A DNA stretch of 41,760 nucleotides, taken from positions 1 to 41,760 of IMG/VR virus record IMGVR_UViG_3300008255_000217. One strand, 5' to 3'. Origin of the DNA: a virus (lineage: Duplodnaviria; Caudoviricetes). A program made the position numbers and the translations under genes. Shown piece by piece: positions 36,805 to 41,760 of the stretch; within the stretch, counting starts at the first letter, position 1; the number at the start of each line of letters is the position of its first letter. The notes under the pieces were generated by a model that made no database searches, had not been told where the DNA came from, and was given only the letters and a program-made list of their open reading frames with translations.

Positions 36805-37124
36805 CCGGACTTCAAAACAGTCGCAACCCGGCGCGGGCGGATTTTGACTGGCGCATGTTTGCGCAGTCGATCCGCACCGCATGTGCTGCAGACGGACGCT
36901 CACAATGGGCGTTGGCTCAGGAAATCGGCATCACCGAAAGTGACCTTTCGCGGGTGCGCGGAGGGGCCATGGTGAGTGTCGGAAAGGCCATTGCATTGGC
37001 GCGATGGCTGAAATTGCCGCTCGAAAACTGGTATCTTGCGCCGCTTCCGGAGCCGCCTCTCAAGGCAGTGAAATCAAGGCCTTGCACCACTCCAAACGTG
37101 AAACATCGCGAGGCTGCGCAATGA
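36801..37124 (+). CDS. XRE-family HTH protein
   Basis: SQWALAQEIGITESDLSRV. Confidence 0.72.
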   Translation: MTGLQNSRNPARADFDWRMFAQSIRTACAADGRSQWALAQEIGITESDLSRVRGGAMVSVGKAIALARWLKLPLENWYLAPLPEPPLKAVKSRPCTTPNVKHREAAQ

Positions 37125-39139
37125 GTTCGCCTCTGATCATCGATTGTTTCGCAGGCGGTGGCGGGGCCTCGAACGGGATTGAAATGGCGCTCGGACGCTC
37201 GCCGGATTTCGCCATCAATCACGACCCGGTGGCTGTGGCCATGCATGCGGTCAACCACCCTGATGCGGTGCATTTGTGCCAGAACGTCTATCAGGTTGAC
37301 CCGCTTGACCATTTCGCCCGCGCGCATATCGGCTTCGCCTGGTTTTCACCCGACTGCAAGCATTTTTCCAAGGCCAAGGGCGGCGCGCCGGTGCAGCGGA
37401 ATATCCGCGATCTGGCGTGGATCATTCCGGGCTGGATCGAGCGGATCCAGAAATCGGGCGGCAAGGTCGACGTGGTGGCGATCGAGAATGTCGAGGAATT
37501 CCAGACATGGGGGCCGCTGCTGACAACCAGCAAGGGGCTGGTGCCGGATCCTGACCGCAAGGGCGAAACGTTCCGTGCCTGGTGCAAGAAGCTGAAACAG
37601 CTTGGCGGCAAGATCGAGTGGCGCGAGTTGCGCGCCTGCGATTATGGCGCGCCGACGATCCGCAAGCGGGTGTTTATCCTGATCCGGTTTGACGGGCAAA
37701 AGATCGTCTGGCCGGAGCCGACGCATGCCAGTCCGGACAGCGAGGCGGTGAAGAGCGGTAAGCTCAAGCCATGGCTGACAGCCGGGCGCGACGTGATCGA
37801 CTGGTCGATTGCCTGTCCCTCGATCTTCGACAGCAAGGCGGAGATCATGGCCAAGCATGGGCTGCGCGCCGTGCGGCCCCTGGCGGACAACACGCAGGCC
37901 CGGGTGGCGCGTGGCATCAAGCGCTATGTGCTGGACGCGGCAAGGCCGTTTCTCGTCAACCTGACCCACGGGGCGCGGCTGGAAGATGCGACGGAGCCGA
38001 TGCGGACCGTGACCGGTGCGAACCGTGGCGAGAAGGCTGTAGTTGCTCCTTCTCTTGCTGCCTACTACGGCAAGGGCAATGGCGGCGAGGACCGCAGCGC
38101 CGACGCGCGCGAACCGCTGAAGACCGTTGTGACCGAAAATAGGCATGCGATTGTTGCGCCGGTACTTGCCGGTTGTGGTGGAAGGGCAGGGCAGAGCCGA
38201 CCGCGCGGTGGTGATGAACCTATGGCGACGGTGACGGCCAAGGCTGATACGTGCCTGATTTCTCCGGTGATGACCTACGCTCAGCAGGGCGGCGCGGTGC
38301 GCGACCCTTCGGATCCGCTGCACACAGTCACGGCTTCAGCAAAGGATCAGAATGCGGTGATCGCGCCGCACCTGATGACCATGCGCAATGCCGGCAAGCC
38401 GTATCAGGGTGCTGACGAGCCTGCGCACACGGTAACCGCTGGCGGGGCAGGACTGACCTGTGTTGCGGGGTATGTGGCTCAGCACAACAATGACAGAAGG
38501 CGCATCGGTGGCGTCAATCCGGGCCGTTCTGCTGATGAGCCTGTTTCGACGGTGACTGCATCTGGTGCGCAGCAGGGCGTGGTGGCGGCAAGCATGTTGT
38601 CGATGAAGGGCAGTGACAGGCGCGCCAGTGCGGCGGATGAGCCTGCTCGGGTGGCTTGTACGGGTGGTGGGCAATCCGCACTCGTGGCGGGTGCCTTGAC
38701 CAAGTATTACGGCACAGGCGACGGACAAGAGCCCGGTGATCCGCTGCACACGGTGACCACGAAGGACCGGTTCTGCCTGTCACAGGCGGCGCTTGCTGCG
38801 CCTCCCTTCGGGCCGGAACATTATGAGCGTGCGCGCGAAGTGGCGGTGTTTCTGCGCGCGCATGGCTTCTGGGATGAGCGGGAGTTCGTGACGCTTGAGG
38901 TGGATGGCATCACGCTGGTGATGGTCGACATCGGCATGCGGATGCTGACACCGCGTGAATTGTTCAACGCGCAGGGGTTCCCGGCTGACTACGAGATCGA
39001 CCGGGATCTTGATGGCAATGTGTTTTCCAAATCCGACCAGGTGGGCCGGGCAGGTAACAGCGTGTGCCCGCCATTGGCGGAAGCGATTGCGCGGGCCAAC
39101 GTGCCTTACCTGGCGCAATTCCGGGAGGCTGCGGAATGA
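37121..39139 (+). CDS. C5-cytosine DNA methyltransferase
   Basis: DCFAGGGG, SPDCKHFS, ENVEEF, RKRVF, GNSVCP; central region of repeated (D/E)PxxTVT units. Confidence 0.93.
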   Translation: MSSPLIIDCFAGGGGASNGIEMALGRSPDFAINHDPVAVAMHAVNHPDAVHLCQNVYQVDPLDHFARAHIGFAWFSPDCKHFSKAKGGAPVQRNIRDLAWIIPGWIERIQKSGGKVDVVAIENVEEFQTWGPLLTTSKGLVPDPDRKGETFRAWCKKLKQLGGKIEWRELRACDYGAPTIRKRVFILIRFDGQKIVWPEPTHASPDSEAVKSGKLKPWLTAGRDVIDWSIACPSIFDSKAEIMAKHGLRAVRPLADNTQARVARGIKRYVLDAARPFLVNLTHGARLEDATEPMRTVTGANRGEKAVVAPSLAAYYGKGNGGEDRSADAREPLKTVVTENRHAIVAPVLAGCGGRAGQSRPRGGDEPMATVTAKADTCLISPVMTYAQQGGAVRDPSDPLHTVTASAKDQNAVIAPHLMTMRNAGKPYQGADEPAHTVTAGGAGLTCVAGYVAQHNNDRRRIGGVNPGRSADEPVSTVTASGAQQGVVAASMLSMKGSDRRASAADEPARVACTGGGQSALVAGALTKYYGTGDGQEPGDPLHTVTTKDRFCLSQAALAAPPFGPEHYERAREVAVFLRAHGFWDEREFVTLEVDGITLVMVDIGMRMLTPRELFNAQGFPADYEIDRDLDGNVFSKSDQVGRAGNSVCPPLAEAIARANVPYLAQFREAAE

Positions 39140-40455
39140 GCGTTCTGGTGATGACTGAAGTGTTTGCTGCGCGTTTTGGCACATCCAACCGCAAGATGGT
39201 GGCGCTGCGGCTGGCGGATTTTGCTGACAACCAGGGGCGTGGGATGTGGCCATCTGTCACGACCATTGCGCGCGAATGCGAGATTGCTCCTCGTACGGTG
39301 CAGCGTGTGTTGCGTGAATTCGAGGACGAAGGGCTCATCATCTGCCAAGAGCGCGGCAGCGGGCGGCGGACATCGCGCTATGACTACAACATGGCCAAGC
39401 TGCGCGAACTGCGGGCTGCTGCAGAGGGGATCTCGCCGGACGTGAATACCTCGAAGGCAGCAGATGAATATGCTGAGGGAGAGGCCGAAAACGGGGCCGG
39501 AAACGAGGGGTGTCACGGTGTCACCCCTGACACTGACGACATGAGGGGTGACACGGTGTCACCTCTGGGGTGTCACGGTGTCACCCAATCCGTAATGGAA
39601 CCGTCAATAGATCCATCAACAGAGAGAGAGCGCGCGAGCGCGGATGTGCCTGGGGTGGAAGGGGATGAGGCTGATGGTTCGGAAGCTGTCGCGGCGGCTG
39701 CGGAGAAGCCTGATTCTTCGACCGTGCCGGAAACGGCTGATTTTCAGAAACGGGTCATGCGGTTTTGCAATGGACGGGGTTTTGATGCCGGTCCATGGCC
39801 GGATTGGGATACGTCCTCGCCGGGATGGATCGGGCGTCAGTTTGCCAAACTGGCGGAAACCGACCGTCAGCACGCCGAGCGGTGGCGGGACGCCTATCTG
39901 CGCGACATCGCCACACGGCGCAAGAAGCCGGTGCCTGTGGGCACGTTCTTCCGTGACAGGCTGTGGGAAGGGCTGGACCCGGCGCTTCTGCAGCGTGCCC
40001 AAAAGGCTGCGGAACAGGGCGCGAAGCCTGCCGAATATGCCAAGCCCGAAGGCTGGACCGTTTCCATGGGGCCGGTGTGGGCTGCCTGTCTGGCGGAGGT
40101 GCTGTTGCGCGGGCCGGAGCATGGCGAGCATGTGCCGGGCAATGGCGTGTGGCTGCGGTTCAACATGACCAAGGGCTGGCCGAAGCTCGCAGCACTCTAC
40201 GATCTGGCCAGCAACAAGCGCGGGCTGGTGCTGCCGGAACGGTTTCACCGGATGAAGGATCTGGTCGAGTTCGTGCCCGAGGGCGGCAATGTGTGGGCCG
40301 CATGGGAGGCCGAATTCAAGGCCCGCAACTGGCCGGCATGGCCACGGCGCGAGGGCATGGACGGCATGTATTTCCCGGTTGGCGGACCGGACGGATTGCC
40401 CGCATTCGAGCGGGAGCTGGCAGCAAGACATCAAACCAACGAGGCGGCTCAATGA
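39136..40455 (+). CDS. Replication initiator (N-terminal wHTH)
   Basis: LRLADFADNQGRGMWPSVTTIARECEIAPRTVQRVL; internal iterons. Confidence 0.8.
   Translation: MSVLVMTEVFAARFGTSNRKMVALRLADFADNQGRGMWPSVTTIARECEIAPRTVQRVLREFEDEGLIICQERGSGRRTSRYDYNMAKLRELRAAAEGISPDVNTSKAADEYAEGEAENGAGNEGCHGVTPDTDDMRGDTVSPLGCHGVTQSVMEPSIDPSTERERASADVPGVEGDEADGSEAVAAAAEKPDSSTVPETADFQKRVMRFCNGRGFDAGPWPDWDTSSPGWIGRQFAKLAETDRQHAERWRDAYLRDIATRRKKPVPVGTFFRDRLWEGLDPALLQRAQKAAEQGAKPAEYAKPEGWTVSMGPVWAACLAEVLLRGPEHGEHVPGNGVWLRFNMTKGWPKLAALYDLASNKRGLVLPERFHRMKDLVEFVPEGGNVWAAWEAEFKARNWPAWPRREGMDGMYFPVGGPDGLPAFERELAARHQTNEAAQ
39507..39586. repeat. Iterons / putative replication origin
   Basis: GGGGTGTCACGGTGTCACCC at 39507-39526 and 39567-39586, near-palindromic GGGGTGACACGGTGTCACC at 39545-39563. 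Confidence 0.78.
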
Positions 40456-41159
40456 TGCATGATCGGACTTTCAGTGGCAGGGCTGCGGGCAGGGCAAAGC
40501 GGCTCAAGGTGCGCTCTGTGAGCGTGGGTGAGATGACGCCTGCGCAAATGGCAAGGGTGTCGGCTGTGCGGCCCACACTTGATGAAACGCTGGTGCGAAT
40601 CAGCGAGGAGCATCTGAGCCATGCGGTTCTGCCTGCGCCAGCTGATTCGCCCTGGTGCTGCCTGAAAGTGTGGTTCGGACGCGAAATGGCTGTGCAGGAA
40701 ACTCTGGATAATCACAATATCGAGTGTCTTGTGCCGATGCGGAAAGGGCGTGAAAGGCGGGTCCGGCATCGGGTAATTCCTGCTCGAATGGAGCCTGCAA
40801 TCACCGGATATGTGTTTGCCAGGTTCACCATCACGGCGGAAGCGCTGTCTGGAATGCGGGCCGTGGAATGGGTGCGGGGCGTGCTTGGCGAGGATGGCAA
40901 GCCGTGGTGCATCAGCCATGAAAAGGTTATGCAATACAAGGCTCTGGCCGATGATGGCGGGCTTGACTGGGAGAATGTCGGGCATGTGGTCTACAGGCAA
41001 GGCGAAGTGGTGCTGGTGACGGAAGGGCCGTTCGGCGGGTTTCGTGGCGAGGTGATCTCGGCACGGCGTGATGGGCGTGGTGATGCGGTGGTCGAGGTGG
41101 ACATGTGCGGGCGCAAGGTGCCCGTGACGCTGCCTGTTGCAATTCTGAAGAAAGTGTGA
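40452..41159 (+). CDS. NusG/RfaH/LoaP-family antiterminator paralogue
   Basis: NGN domain (WCCLKV..GREMAV, PAITGYVF, VRGVLG) and KOW (GEVVLVTEGPFGGFRGEV, VEVDMCGRKVPV). Confidence 0.88.
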   Translation: MMHDRTFSGRAAGRAKRLKVRSVSVGEMTPAQMARVSAVRPTLDETLVRISEEHLSHAVLPAPADSPWCCLKVWFGREMAVQETLDNHNIECLVPMRKGRERRVRHRVIPARMEPAITGYVFARFTITAEALSGMRAVEWVRGVLGEDGKPWCISHEKVMQYKALADDGGLDWENVGHVVYRQGEVVLVTEGPFGGFRGEVISARRDGRGDAVVEVDMCGRKVPVTLPVAILKKV

Positions 41160-41171
41160 ATTTAAATGCGC

Positions 41172-41335
41172 TGGGATGATCCGATGATCCTGAGTGAGCC
41201 CTTGACCTGACGGTGCGATGTCGCAGCCCGAGGGGAACGAAGCGAAAGCTTCGGGGTCGGTACGCCGGTCGGACCCCGCCTTGAACGGCCCCTGATGCGG
41301 GCAAAGCGATTCAAGGCCAGTGCGCAAGCTATGTC
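41172..41335 (+). ncRNA. Putative structured late-leader RNA
   Basis: CGAAGC-GAAA-GCTTCG, GGGGTC/GACCCC enclosing CGG-TACG-CCG, GCCTTGAA/TTCAAGGC enclosing GCCC/GGGC. Confidence 0.6.
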
Positions 41336-41349
41336 TGGATCAATCTCCA

Positions 41350-41658
41350 TTGGTAAAGCTCAAGGCTGTCAAGTCATCGATCAGTGCTGCGCCCGGCAGG
41401 CTGAAGGCGCCGCCAAAGCTTGCCGATGAATTTTATCGATCGCCCGAGTGGCGCAGGCTTGTCCGCGAAATCAAGGCAGAGCGTGGTGCTTGGTGTCAGC
41501 GTTGCGGGTCCGGTCATCGGATCATCGGGGATCACATCAAGGAACTGAAGGACGGTGGGGCAAGGCTCGAGCGCTCGAATGTAGAGTTGCTGTGCCAGTC
41601 CTGCCACAACAAGAAGACCGCAGCCGCAAGGGCAACGCGACTTGGCGCGCGGGCTTGA
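41350..41658 (+). CDS. HNH endonuclease (HK97 gp74-like terminase accessory)
   Basis: FYRSPEWRRL, CQRC, DHIKEL, NVELLCQSCHNKKT; start uncertain (GTG 41320 or TTG 41350). Confidence 0.9.
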   Translation: MVKLKAVKSSISAAPGRLKAPPKLADEFYRSPEWRRLVREIKAERGAWCQRCGSGHRIIGDHIKELKDGGARLERSNVELLCQSCHNKKTAAARATRLGARA

Positions 41659-41714
41659 ACCACACAAGCCGATGATACCAGTACAAGGGTATCCGCCCGA
41701 GTGCGGGCTACCTT

Positions 41715-41760
41715 GTTGAGGGGGGCGGGTCGAAAGTCCCCAGCCCCTTCGGCCTAGTAC
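41715..41760. other. Probable cos/packaging region continuing into positions 1-21
   Basis: G-run + TCGAAAGTC after HNH gene; window start CACATTCGGAGATTTTTTT precedes terS, the usual HNH-cos-terS layout. Confidence 0.6.

Noticed and set aside
39963-40451. N-terminal extension of the NusG ORF to 398 aa
   Set aside because: Overlaps the replication gene in another frame; ATG 40452 has an RBS (GAGG) and ATGA coupling
1-41760. Reverse transcriptase systems (DGR, retron), IS elements, Cas genes
   Set aside because: No RT, transposase or Cas motifs recognised in any ORF and no template/variable repeat pair noticed near the tail genes

Overview
The window looks like an essentially complete ~41.8 kb temperate, HK97-type siphophage genome of an alphaproteobacterial (probably Rhizobiales) host, linearised at the packaging site. 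Gene order: terminase, portal, protease, capsid, connectors, tail, two receptor-binding proteins, lysis, a polysaccharide-modifying moron, attP/integrase, leftward early genes, cI/cro switch, a tRNA, host-regulator homologues, two DNA methyltransferases, replication initiator, a NusG paralogue and an HNH nuclease. The most unusual elements are: (1) three sugar-transfer/acylation genes inside the head-connector module, the first apparently expressed by a -1 frameshift from a small post-capsid gene (candidate virion glycosylation system); (2) a NusG paralogue directly followed by a ~170-nt multi-hairpin non-coding leader in front of the late operon (candidate protein+RNA antitermination system); (3) an initiator-like tRNA(CAT) followed by a CCUCCUCCC-loop hairpin RNA; (4) a duplicated bipartite structured leader with variable 32/33-nt inserts. 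All protein calls come from motif recognition and synteny by eye; no database searches or folding computations were run.
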